A stretch of DNA of 64,000 nt from Candidatus Eiseniibacteriota bacterium (lineage in GTDB: Bacteria; Eisenbacteria; RBG-16-71-46): contig CAVUWA010000001.1 in the NCBI GenBank assembly GCA_963744995.1, forward strand, positions 96,001 through 160,000, in the 5' to 3' direction. A program made the position numbers and the translations under genes. The notes beneath the pieces were generated by a model, which had not been told where the DNA came from, searched no databases, and saw only the letters and a list, made by a program, of their open reading frames with translations. Positions 1-9,308 of the stretch are shown in pieces (within the stretch, counting starts at the first letter, position 1; each line of letters opens with the position of its first letter).

Positions 1-684
1 GCCGTCGCCGGCGATGGTCAGGGCGAGTCCGGCGCGCGCCGCCGCCTCGATGGCGGTGTCCATGCCCTTGTCTGGAATCAGCCGCCCGACGGCGAACACG
101 CCTGCGCCGGGCGAGAACGGCGGCTCCGGAAGCTCGATCCCGTTCGGCACGACCTCGAGCTTCGTCGCCACGGCCGCCGCCGTCCGCGAATCCACGCCGC
201 GCAAGGCTTCGATCAACCTCACACGGATCGCCTCGCTCTGCACCAGCACGCCCGCGGCGTGGCGCCACACCTGCGGGCCGATCCAGCGTGAGCGATCGCG
301 AACTCCCATGCGGACTTCGTCTTCGCCTCTCAGCCAGACCACGGCCGGAATGCCGAGCCGGCCCTGGATGCGCACACCGGCGAGGCCACTGATGAACGTC
401 TGAAAGGCGAGCGTCAGGTCGGGGCGCGGTGTCATGTCGCGCACGGCGCGTTCGAGCATGACGACGTCACGCCACGTTCGCCAGATCGGCGTCGATGCCA
501 CCGGCATCCGGACCACCTCGAACCCGTCCCGCTCCTCCCGCGCGGCCTGCGAGGGTGGATCGTGCCGGGTGAGCACGGTGACGCGATGCCTGCGGGCGAG
601 GCGCTTCGCCCAGGTTTCGGCCTGGAGTTCAGCGCCGCCGACGACACCGGGCGGAAAGTGACCGATCAGGATCGCGAGGTTCAT
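1..684 (-). CDS. Glycosyltransferase family 4 (GT-B), 3' end runs off the window
   Basis: Manual translation from ATG 684: MNLAILIGHFPPGVVGGAELQA...HRVTVLTR...VVPNGIE...AVGRLIPDKGMDTAIEA...LTIAGDG, typical GT4 motifs; absent from the ORF track because there is no stop in the window. Confidence 0.88.
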   Translation of the reverse strand, partial: MNLAILIGHFPPGVVGGAELQAETWAKRLARRHRVTVLTRHDPPSQAAREERDGFEVVRMPVASTPIWRTWRDVVMLERAVRDMTPRPDLTLAFQTFISGLAGVRIQGRLGIPAVVWLRGEDEVRMGVRDRSRWIGPQVWRHAAGVLVQSEAIRVRLIEALRGVDSRTAAAVATKLEVVPNGIELPEPPFSPGAGVFAVGRLIPDKGMDTAIEAAARAGLALTIAGDG

Positions 685-727
685 CGCCGATCGCCTCCGG
701 GCGCTCCGCGGTGAAGGCAAGCGGGCC

Positions 728-3334
728 TCACGGCTGCGGCTCCGTCCCAACCCGCACCGTGCCCGAAGGCGCCCCGGAGAACAGGTCGTGATCGAAGAAC
801 CAGTCGCTGACGTGATAATTCGGGTAGTGCGGCACGCGCAGCATGCGCAGCCCCAGCGTATAGGTTCCCGGCGCAGCATCCTGCGGGATCACCATTCGGA
901 ACGAGTCGCGTACCACTTCCGTGGGACGCCACTCATCCACGCCGTAGGCGCCACCCACCGGAACGTGGTTGGAACGAAGTCGGTATCTTTCGCCGCGCAG
1001 CTTCTCGAGGAGCTTTCGCCACGGTTTGCCGACGAAGGCGGGTGGCCTGAAGCCCGGCGGCAGCGGACGATCGAGACGTACGGCGACGAGATACGACCCG
1101 GCCGGAAGTGATGCGCGCGCGTGCCAGAGCGCGGTCGCGGCAAGCGTGTCACCCGGTTCGAGAACGGTGTCGGCAATGTTCACGCCGAGCAGTTCGGGCA
1201 TGTCGGGATCGAGCGCCGTGCCGGGCGGATATGCTCCGGCGCGCCACGCGTTCACGAATGGTCGCCGGGCCGGCGGCGTATCGAGCGAGTCGAGCGCGGC
1301 GCGGCGCACTTCGTAGATCACAAAGTCCCCGGTGTCGAAGACATTCTCGAACGCCGCGGGGTGCGCGTCGAAGCGGGCCCGCGCAGCGGCGAACCAGAAG
1401 TGCGTGGGCCCCCAGTAGTCGAGCCGCGGCCGCTCGGGAAAGCGGTCGTTGAGCACGATCACGTTCGCACCCCAGCGGTCCAGCACCTCTCGCACGCGCG
1501 ACCATGGCGACCACGCGTCGAGGGCGTCGCGGGCGTCCAGAAGTCGATCGAGCGCGAGCGAATCGTTGGGCGAGCTGTGCTGATCCACCAGGGTGACGAC
1601 ATAGCGGCCGGTCATCATTGGGATCGAGTACGACGTCTCCGGGTCCGACAGGATGACTGCGTCGTCCGGCAGGTGCGCGCGCATCCAGACGAGGGCGTCG
1701 CTCCAGTGTTCGGCAGAGCGCTGCTGGTCGGCACGCGCACTGCCTGAGGCGTGGGGCACGACCGAGAACGCGTCGCGCACCGCCGGGATCAGAGTCACCG
1801 CGATGACCCCGACGGCCATGGCGCCCCACAGGCGCAGCGGTCCGCGCCACGCCGCCCGCCAGGCCCTGGGCAGCGCCCAGGCGATCAGGACCGCCATGGG
1901 GACGAAGCCGATGAAGCGCCAGATCAGGTATCCGACACGCGGTTCCAGCATGGCGACGAACAGCGGATTGAGGGTGAGCAGCGCCGCGGCCACGGTAGAA
2001 GACAGCATCCACAGCGCAACGGGCTCGCCTCGCCCCCGCCGCCACAGTGGCACCCACAGCAACGGGATCAGCACCCAGGTCCAGGCGAACGTCGTCCAGA
2101 GGAATCCCGGCGACATGATCTCCCAGCCGCCCTTGAGGTAGAGCAGGCCCTGGGGCGCGGTGTGGATCACGTTCCGCGGGGCGTACGCCTGTTGCGCCCG
2201 CCAGAGCAGGAACGGCAGTGCTCCCGCGGCGAGCGCGAGCGACGTCATGAAGAGGCGTCTGAATTCGGGCCCGGTGCCACGATCTCGGATCAGCAGCGCG
2301 AGACCGAGCGCACCGAGGGGCACCGCGAGATGAACTACGGCGAACAGGTGCGTGGTCACTGCCGCGAATCCGAGCAGCACCGCCGCCAACCGCCAGCGAA
2401 CCGCGGGCCGGGCGAGGTCGGCGAGCACCGCCGCGGTCGCAGCGAATACGAGCTGTTCGGCGAGGCGACTGGAGAGCACGGCCTGGCGAAGCGGCGTTTG
2501 CGCAATCGTGCCCCCGTAGGTGAGCAGCAGCACCCATGCGGCGATACCCGCCCCCGCGCCACCGCCCGCAAGCAGGCCAAGCGCGGCGACGTTGAGGACG
2601 TACAGCGGCGCGAGCAGCGTGGACAGCCAGCGCCACGCGTCGGCCGGATCGGCCGCGGCGAGCCGCGCCACGACGGCCACCTGCGGGTGCCAAACGCCCT
2701 TGCGCGGGTCCGCGCCGGAGGGACCCGCGTCCTTGAAGAACGCGTCGGTGGGAAACGCATCGCCGGAGGTCATGATCCGTCGGATCGTGCCGATGTGATC
2801 GGGGCTGTCGGTCTGCAGGGTCTCGCTCGTGCCCAGCCGGCCGACGTAGAGCGCGGCGAAGGCGGCGGCCAGCAGGACGGTGATCGTCGCGCTACGCCCT
2901 GCGCGCGGTCCTCGACCTGGTTTCGCGCCCTCGCCGCGCGGGCGGAGCCACAACGCCATCGCCCACAGCGCCGCCGTCGCCACCAGCGCCACGCGGTCGA
3001 GCCCCGTGACAGGCTGACCCGCGAGCCGTGCGAGCAGCACCAGGGCGGCGTTCCAGGCGACGCCGAAGCCCAGCGCCCAGCCCGGGGTGAACAGCGCTCC
3101 CCCCGGCGGCGTGAGCCCGAGCCGCACGAAGGCGTACCCCGGCAGCAACACGAGGACGAACCCGGCGAGCATCACCCGAACCGGGACGGGCCAGCTCGCC
3201 GCTGCCCCGGAGAGCAGCAGGGCGTGCGCGCCGAGCCCGGCGAGCGCGAAGAGCATCCACGCGCCGCGCCGGCCGCCGCCGGCCGGTGCGCCAGCCGGCG
3301 GCCGCACCGCGCCCCCCGCCGCGCTCACCCGCAT
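728..3334 (-). CDS. Large polytopic membrane protein, putative GT-C-fold glycosyltransferase with a soluble C-terminal domain
   Basis: Many hydrophobic segments, DSPDHIG in an early loop, soluble C-terminus (EPGDTLAATALW...VVRDSFRMVIPQDAAPGTY); start moved to ATG 3334 after GGAGG. Confidence 0.6.
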   Translation of the reverse strand: MRVSAAGGAVRPPAGAPAGGGRRGAWMLFALAGLGAHALLLSGAAASWPVPVRVMLAGFVLVLLPGYAFVRLGLTPPGGALFTPGWALGFGVAWNAALVLLARLAGQPVTGLDRVALVATAALWAMALWLRPRGEGAKPGRGPRAGRSATITVLLAAAFAALYVGRLGTSETLQTDSPDHIGTIRRIMTSGDAFPTDAFFKDAGPSGADPRKGVWHPQVAVVARLAAADPADAWRWLSTLLAPLYVLNVAALGLLAGGGAGAGIAAWVLLLTYGGTIAQTPLRQAVLSSRLAEQLVFAATAAVLADLARPAVRWRLAAVLLGFAAVTTHLFAVVHLAVPLGALGLALLIRDRGTGPEFRRLFMTSLALAAGALPFLLWRAQQAYAPRNVIHTAPQGLLYLKGGWEIMSPGFLWTTFAWTWVLIPLLWVPLWRRGRGEPVALWMLSSTVAAALLTLNPLFVAMLEPRVGYLIWRFIGFVPMAVLIAWALPRAWRAAWRGPLRLWGAMAVGVIAVTLIPAVRDAFSVVPHASGSARADQQRSAEHWSDALVWMRAHLPDDAVILSDPETSYSIPMMTGRYVVTLVDQHSSPNDSLALDRLLDARDALDAWSPWSRVREVLDRWGANVIVLNDRFPERPRLDYWGPTHFWFAAARARFDAHPAAFENVFDTGDFVIYEVRRAALDSLDTPPARRPFVNAWRAGAYPPGTALDPDMPELLGVNIADTVLEPGDTLAATALWHARASLPAGSYLVAVRLDRPLPPGFRPPAFVGKPWRKLLEKLRGERYRLRSNHVPVGGAYGVDEWRPTEVVRDSFRMVIPQDAAPGTYTLGLRMLRVPHYPNYHVSDWFFDHDLFSGAPSGTVRVGTEPQP

Positions 3335-3387
3335 GCCTCCCTCGGACCCGTGTGGCGCATGGCCGTCACGCGCATTAGAATCTTCGC

Positions 3388-4620
3388 GTGCCCACACCTT
3401 CCCCGTCCCGACCGGACCCGTCCACGCTCCCCCCACTCGCTTCCGCCGGCGGGACGCCCGTGCGTGGCTCGTTCCTGCCGCTCGCGCTGCCGTGGATCGG
3501 CGAACGCGAGCAGGAGCTGGTGCGCGAAACCCTGGCATCCGGGTGGATCACCACCGGACCGCGCGCGCAGGAGCTCGGGCGCCGCGTCGCCGAGATGGTC
3601 GGCGCGCGCCACGGCATCGCCGTCAATTCGGCCACCGGCGCGCTGCACCTGTCGCTGGCCGCGCTTGGCGTCGGCCGCGGCGACGAAGTGATCACCACCA
3701 CGTACACGTTCGTCGCGTGTGTCAACGTGATCGAGCACGTCGGCGCGAAACCGGTGCTCGTGGACATCGAAGCCGACACGCTGTGCATCGATCCGGCCCT
3801 GATCGAGCGCGCGATCACGCCGCGCACGAAGGCGATCATCCCGGTGGACTACGCGGGCCACCCGTGCGACATCGATGCGATCAACGCGATCGCGAAACCG
3901 CGCGGGATCGCCGTCGTGCAGGACGCCGCGCACGCGCTCGGCGCCGCCTGGCGCGGCAAGCCCGTGGGCTCGCAGGCCACGGTGACCGCGTTCTCGTTCT
4001 ACGCCACCAAGAACCTCACCACCGGCGAGGGCGGCGCGGCGGTCACCAGCGACGATGAACTCGCCGAGCGCATCGAGCTGCTGTCGCTGCACGGCATGAA
4101 CCGTGACGCCTGGAAGCGCTACTCCGACACGGGCTCCTGGTATTACGAGGTCACGGCACCCGGTCACAAGTACAACCTGAGCGACGTGCTGGCGGCGATC
4201 GGCGTGGGGCAGCTCGAGCGCTTCGAGGCGTTCCAGCAGCGGCGCCGCGAGATCGTCGCGCGCTACGAGGCCGGGCTCGCCGGCGTTCCCGAAATCCGCA
4301 GGCCGTCGGTGCGCGAAGGCGCGACCCACGCCTGGCACCTCTATCCGATCGCGCTCGAGCTCGAGCGGCTGACCTGCGACCGGGCACGCTTCATCCGCGA
4401 GCTGCGCGCGGAGAACATCGGGACCTCCGTGCACTTCATCCCGATCCACCTGCACCCGCACTTCGTGCGCACGCTGGCGTACCCGGCGGGCACCTTCCCG
4501 GTGGCCGACGACGCCTATCAGCGTGCGATCACGCTGCCGCTGTTCCCGCGCATGAGCGACCGCGACGTGGACGACGTGATCGAAGCCGTCGCGAAGATCG
4601 CCGCTCACTTCCGTCGCTGA
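3388..4620 (+). CDS. DegT/DnrJ/EryC1/StrS family PLP-dependent sugar aminotransferase
   Basis: SGWITTGP, NSATGALHL, QDAAHALG, FSFYATKNLTTGEGG motifs. Confidence 0.95.
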   Translation: MPTPSPSRPDPSTLPPLASAGGTPVRGSFLPLALPWIGEREQELVRETLASGWITTGPRAQELGRRVAEMVGARHGIAVNSATGALHLSLAALGVGRGDEVITTTYTFVACVNVIEHVGAKPVLVDIEADTLCIDPALIERAITPRTKAIIPVDYAGHPCDIDAINAIAKPRGIAVVQDAAHALGAAWRGKPVGSQATVTAFSFYATKNLTTGEGGAAVTSDDELAERIELLSLHGMNRDAWKRYSDTGSWYYEVTAPGHKYNLSDVLAAIGVGQLERFEAFQQRRREIVARYEAGLAGVPEIRRPSVREGATHAWHLYPIALELERLTCDRARFIRELRAENIGTSVHFIPIHLHPHFVRTLAYPAGTFPVADDAYQRAITLPLFPRMSDRDVDDVIEAVAKIAAHFRR

Positions 4621-4670
4621 CGGCGTCGCCCCGCTCGCGCGGAAACGACGCTTCCGCTCCTCCGTCACCA

Positions 4671-5675
4671 TCATCCGCGCGGCTCGCCCGCCTGCCCCAG
4701 CGATTTCAGGCTCAGGCCCTCCCGCCTGAGGTAGATGAGACCGACCACCGAGATCGGCAGCCACTGCGAGAGCCAGTAGAACCACGAGAACGGCACCGAC
4801 AGCTCCTTGCCGACGCCGAACAGGCCGAGACCGGCGACGCAGGCGAGATTGAGCGTCCCGATGTAGCCCGGCGCGGCGGGCACCATGATGCCGATCGCCG
4901 TGATCACCAGCATCACCAGCCCCGCGTACCACGGCACCCCGATGCCGATCGCGCCCATCGCCACCTGCAGCGCGAGCGCGTAGGTGCCGAACATGATGAA
5001 CGAGAGCAGGAACACCCACGCCAGGGTTCCCAGTCGCCGGAACAGTCCGAGGCCGGCAAGGAAGTGCTCCAGCATCTTCTCGACCCGGCCGCGGACCCCG
5101 CCGGGCAGCAGCTTCGTCAGCAGCGCGACGACGCGGTGCATGACGCGCGGGCTGCGCTCGACCGCGACCAGCACCACGGTGAGCACCACGCAGCTCAGGA
5201 TCAGCACGCCGGCGCCGGCGCGCACCATCTGTCCCGCCTCGCTGTTCTCCCCGATCGGATGCACGGCCAGCGAGATCGCCAGCACGCCCAGCAGCGTGAT
5301 CATGTCCACGACGCGCTCGACGACGACCGTCGCGAAAACGGTCGTCTTGGAAAGGTTCTCGCGGCGACCCAGCGCCCACGCGCGTACGAATTCACCGAGC
5401 CTCAAGGGCAGCAGGTTGTTCGCCATGAAGCCGATCATGGTGGCGCTGAACAGGCTGTCCATGGAGAGCGGCTTCGGGGTCGCGATCAGCCAGCGCCAGC
5501 GGAACGCGCGGATCCAGAACCCGGTCAGCGTGAGCAGCATGACCAGCGCGAAACCGCCGTAGTGCGCCTGCTGCAGCGCGTGCCAGACTTCGGCCGGCCG
5601 CACGTCGCGCATCGAGTACCAGATCGCGACGAGCGAGATGACCGTTCCGAGGAGGAACTTGGCGTTGCGGCTCAC
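4671..5675 (-). CDS. Lysylphosphatidylglycerol-synthase TM / flippase-like membrane protein
   Basis: IRAFRW, GFMANNLLPLRLGEFVRA, VVVERVVD, PAAPGYIG; GTG start overlaps the upstream stop. Confidence 0.88.
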   Translation of the reverse strand: MSRNAKFLLGTVISLVAIWYSMRDVRPAEVWHALQQAHYGGFALVMLLTLTGFWIRAFRWRWLIATPKPLSMDSLFSATMIGFMANNLLPLRLGEFVRAWALGRRENLSKTTVFATVVVERVVDMITLLGVLAISLAVHPIGENSEAGQMVRAGAGVLILSCVVLTVVLVAVERSPRVMHRVVALLTKLLPGGVRGRVEKMLEHFLAGLGLFRRLGTLAWVFLLSFIMFGTYALALQVAMGAIGIGVPWYAGLVMLVITAIGIMVPAAPGYIGTLNLACVAGLGLFGVGKELSVPFSWFYWLSQWLPISVVGLIYLRREGLSLKSLGQAGEPRG

Positions 5676-6055
5676 GGAGCCTCCCCGGACGGCCGTTCGC
5701 GCTCGGTGCGCAGCGTCTCGATCTCGAGGCGCGCGAGCGCCAGGTCGCGCGTGGTGGCGTCCAGGTGCCGCGTGAGACGCGACATGCGCACCGACAGGAA
5801 CAGCAGCATGACCACGCCGAACATCACGCCCGCCGCGAACACCAGCGAGCTCTCGTAGAGAATGCCGAGTGCATGCGTGAGGCGCTCCAGGAGCGGCGTG
5901 CTGAATCCGAACACGGCGATCGCCACGGTCGACACGATCCACGGCAGCGAATAGTCCTCGGCCAGCTTGCGGCGGCGGACCAGCTCCAGCACGAGCAGGG
6001 CGAGCCCGACCGCGCCGCATGCGGCGATGACCTGGAACTTCGAAAGGAAGAACAT
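5672..6055 (-). CDS. DUF2304 family small membrane protein
   Basis: C-terminal part of track ORF 5672..6829: LELVRRRKLAEDYSLPW...ALGI...LSVRMSRL...LALA; directly follows the GT2 gene. Confidence 0.85.
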   Translation of the reverse strand: MFFLSKFQVIAACGAVGLALLVLELVRRRKLAEDYSLPWIVSTVAIAVFGFSTPLLERLTHALGILYESSLVFAAGVMFGVVMLLFLSVRMSRLTRHLDATTRDLALARLEIETLRTERERPSGEAP

Positions 6056-6066
6056 CCCGGTGCCTC

Positions 6067-6768
6067 CTACCGTGTCCGCTGGAACCACGCCATCAGCGAG
6101 GCCAGCAGGTTCTTGTAGGGGTAGTAGAGCGACTTGCCGAAGGTGTAGAACGATTGTCCCGCCTGACGTTCGCGCATCTGAGCCGGCACTTCGCGCAGGG
6201 TGAATCCGCGGCGCGCCAGCGCGATCAGCAGGGGCGCGTCCGGGAAGTCGTGCGGGAAGTCGTGCTGACAGACGTCCATGACCCGCTTCGAATACGCGCG
6301 GTATCCGGACGTCGTGTCCGTGACGCGTTGCCCGATCGCAAGCCGGACGACCGCCGAAAAGAGGCGCATGCCGAACCGACGTGCGAGCGGCGCATGATAA
6401 CCGCTCCGGGCGACGAAACGTGAACCGATCGAGACGTCGCAGGCGCCCTCCAGGACCGGCGCCACCACGGTCGCCAGATCGGCCGGCGCATGCTGGCCGT
6501 CGGCGTCGAACTGAACGCCCACGTCGTAACCGTGCTCCATGGCGTAGCGGAAGCCGGTCTGCAGGGCGCCGCCCACGCCCAGGTTGAACGCATGGCGGGC
6601 CACCCGGGCGCCTTCGGCGCGCGCGAGGTCCGCGGTGCCGTCGCTGGATCCGTCGTCCACCACCAGCACGTCCCCGGGCGGGTGCACGGCGCGCAGCTCG
6701 GCGAGCGTCGCCGGCAGGCTCTCCGCCTCGTCGTGGGCGGGCACGATCACCAGGACGCGCCCGCTCAT
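6067..6768 (-). CDS. GT2 glycosyltransferase, polyprenol-phosphate-sugar synthase (DPM1-like)
   Basis: IVPAHDE, VVDDGSSDGT, NLGVGGALQTGF, QFDADGQH, IGSRF, DTTSGYR. Confidence 0.93.
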   Translation of the reverse strand: MSGRVLVIVPAHDEAESLPATLAELRAVHPPGDVLVVDDGSSDGTADLARAEGARVARHAFNLGVGGALQTGFRYAMEHGYDVGVQFDADGQHAPADLATVVAPVLEGACDVSIGSRFVARSGYHAPLARRFGMRLFSAVVRLAIGQRVTDTTSGYRAYSKRVMDVCQHDFPHDFPDAPLLIALARRGFTLREVPAQMRERQAGQSFYTFGKSLYYPYKNLLASLMAWFQRTR

Positions 6769-8342
6769 GCCGGCCGCCGTGCTTCGAAGCGGCTCGCAAA
6801 GCGGTCCGCCACCACGACCACGCCGTCACGCATGCGCCGCGCCCAGTTCTGCCTGAGTGGCAGCGAGGCCAGCTTGTACAGGTCGTAGCGGGTCACCTGG
6901 TGCAGCGCGAAGATCGCGACGACCGCGCCCGGCACGAGCGCGATCCGCAGCGCGATGCCGGCCGCGCCGCCGATCACCTCGCTGCCGAGCCAGGAGAGCG
7001 CAAGCGCGATCCCCAGCCAGAGCGGATTGAGCAGCGCGACCCGCGCCCGCTCGGTGCCGCCTTCCGGGAAGACGCGGTTGAGCAGCCAGTGCGATACGGC
7101 GTAGGCGCCGGCCGCGCCGAACGCCGCCGCCACGGCGGCGCCGGTGACGCCCCACAGCGGCAGGAACACCAGGTAGGACCCGAACTCCAGCACGAAACGC
7201 AGCAGGGCGAGCCACAACACCGCGCCGGGGCGGCGCAGCGCCTGGAACAACATCGCCATCGGCTGCTGCGCGGTGCGCGCCATGGGCACGAGCGCCATGA
7301 TGCGCACGATCGGCACCGCCGGCTCGAACAGCGGCGAGGCGACGAACAGCGTGATTTCCCGAGCGAACGCGAAGATCACGAACGAGAGCAGGCATGCCGC
7401 CACCTGGATCAGCCGGAATGCCTGATCGAAAATGTCGGCGAGACGGGCGCGCTCGTCGCGGGCGACCAGGTGGGTCAGGGAAGGCAGCAGGGCCAGCGGC
7501 ACCGTCTGCGCCAGGTCCACGAACCGTTCGATCATCTGGAAGGCGAACGAGAAATAGCCGACCGCGATCGCCGAGAAAAACTTGCCGAGCAGGATCTTGC
7601 CGAGGTTCTGCCCCGCTGCGGTCATCGCGCGCGCGCCGAAGAGCGGTGTCGTGTAGCCGAGGATCGTGCGCAACAGCGAACGCGGCGGGCGCTCGTCACC
7701 GGTGTCCGCATCCACCGAGCGGCGCAACGCCCAGAACGAAGCGATCCACAGGGCGAGACCCTGCGCCAGCGAGAACGAGGCGATGCCGATGGCGAACGCG
7801 AGCAACCCCTGGCGCGTCCACCACAGCACGCCGACGAGCACGATCTTCGCCGCGTGGAAAGCGACCGCGACGAGGAACAGGGCCCGGAATCGCTGCAGGC
7901 CGAAGAGCGTGGAGCGGCCGGTGGTCGTGAGTCCGTCGAATGCCACCAGCAGCGCGAACCAGGGCAGCAGCAGGTGCAGGTCGGGGGCATCGAACTGGGC
8001 CGCGAGCGGCGCGGCCAGCAGGATCAGCGCGCCCGCCGCCAGACCGCCGAGCAGCAGCTTGAGGATCAGCGCGAGCCGGAGCGAGCGACGCAACGTGTGC
8101 ATCCAGCCACGGGCCTTGTACTCGGCGGCGTAGCGCTCCAGGAAGATCTCGAAGTTGCCGGTGACCAGCGTCGCGATCCCGGTGATCCCGAGCGCGATCG
8201 ACATGATGCCGTACTTGGTGGGGCCCAGCCAGCGCAGCAGCAGGGCGAAATACATGAGTCCCGAGAGCAGTGCGGCGACGCGCTCGAGCGACAGGTAGAA
8301 GGCGCCGCGGCTGACGCTTTCGGCGATCTGGCCGGGCTTCAC
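6765..8342 (-). CDS. Wzx-type oligosaccharide flippase
   Basis: About 12-14 TM segments, RWLGPTKYG, AVGYFSFA, GVTGAAVA; polysaccharide-cluster context. Confidence 0.85.
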   Translation of the reverse strand: MKPGQIAESVSRGAFYLSLERVAALLSGLMYFALLLRWLGPTKYGIMSIALGITGIATLVTGNFEIFLERYAAEYKARGWMHTLRRSLRLALILKLLLGGLAAGALILLAAPLAAQFDAPDLHLLLPWFALLVAFDGLTTTGRSTLFGLQRFRALFLVAVAFHAAKIVLVGVLWWTRQGLLAFAIGIASFSLAQGLALWIASFWALRRSVDADTGDERPPRSLLRTILGYTTPLFGARAMTAAGQNLGKILLGKFFSAIAVGYFSFAFQMIERFVDLAQTVPLALLPSLTHLVARDERARLADIFDQAFRLIQVAACLLSFVIFAFAREITLFVASPLFEPAVPIVRIMALVPMARTAQQPMAMLFQALRRPGAVLWLALLRFVLEFGSYLVFLPLWGVTGAAVAAAFGAAGAYAVSHWLLNRVFPEGGTERARVALLNPLWLGIALALSWLGSEVIGGAAGIALRIALVPGAVVAIFALHQVTRYDLYKLASLPLRQNWARRMRDGVVVVADRFASRFEARRPA

Positions 8343-8489
8343 ATCCGGCTCCTGCGTCCAGCCTGCCCGGGTGCAGGCGGCGCGCCCGCGATCGATCGCG
8401 AGATCCCCGTATGGCCGGGGCCGGCGGAAGTACGACCGAGCGACAGGGCGGCCACGATGGCTCGGGGGATCATCACATGCGAGGGCGGC

Positions 8490-9284
8490 CTAAATCCGCC
8501 GATAGAGAAACTCGGGAATCTCCAGCCGGCGCCGGTTGAGCACGCTGCCGATGAGCTGGGCGCGGGCCTTGCGCAGGAGATCGGTCGCCCGATGCAGCAC
8601 GGGGCGCTTGGTGCGGCCGGCCTCGATCACCACCACCACACCGTCGGCGATCGCGGCCAGACCGGGTGCGTCCGGCGCTTCGAGCACCGGCGGGCCGTCG
8701 AGAATGACCCAGTCGTAGCCCGCCGCAACGGCGTCCAGCCACTCGCGCGCGGCGGAAGCGGCGATCACGCCCGCCGTGCGGGCCGCCTCGGGAACCGGCA
8801 GCACGTCGAGACTCGCCTGCGCCGCTCCCGACTGGATCGGCTGGATGCCCGGCGTCAGTTCGGCCGGAGCCATGCCGAGGTGCTCCACGAACGGCGACGG
8901 CCGCCGCGCGTTCAGGTCCATGAGCAGAACACGGTGCTGCCCGTTCCGTGCGAGGACCGATGCGAACTGCGCGGCCACGGTGCTCGTGCCCTCGCCGCGC
9001 TGGGCGCTCATCAGCATGACCGTGCGCGGGCTGCGGCCCCCCAGCGTGGATTCCAGCGTCATGCGCAGCGCCGTCATTTCGCGGACGATGTCCTCGGGCA
9101 GCTCCATCGCGCCTTCAGCGGCCCGCGGCGCGATGCCCAGCCGCGCGGCGGCCGTCATCGACATGGCGGCACTCGCAGCGCCGGACGGCGCGTGCCCGCG
9201 CAGCGGCTGAACGGGGGGCGCGGGGGGCGCCGCAGGGGAACGGGCCACGCGGGACTTCTTGAGCGCTTCGAAGATGCGGGTCAT
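8490..9284 (-). CDS. CpsD/CapB family BY-kinase-like P-loop protein with a degenerate Walker A
   Basis: MTRIFEAL N-terminus, SAQRGEGTST, YDWVILDGPP, ADGVVVVIEAGRT, GSVLNR. Confidence 0.85.
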   Translation of the reverse strand: MTRIFEALKKSRVARSPAAPPAPPVQPLRGHAPSGAASAAMSMTAAARLGIAPRAAEGAMELPEDIVREMTALRMTLESTLGGRSPRTVMLMSAQRGEGTSTVAAQFASVLARNGQHRVLLMDLNARRPSPFVEHLGMAPAELTPGIQPIQSGAAQASLDVLPVPEAARTAGVIAASAAREWLDAVAAGYDWVILDGPPVLEAPDAPGLAAIADGVVVVIEAGRTKRPVLHRATDLLRKARAQLIGSVLNRRRLEIPEFLYRRI

Positions 9285-9308
9285 GGGATGTGAATCTCCT
9301 GGAAGCGA

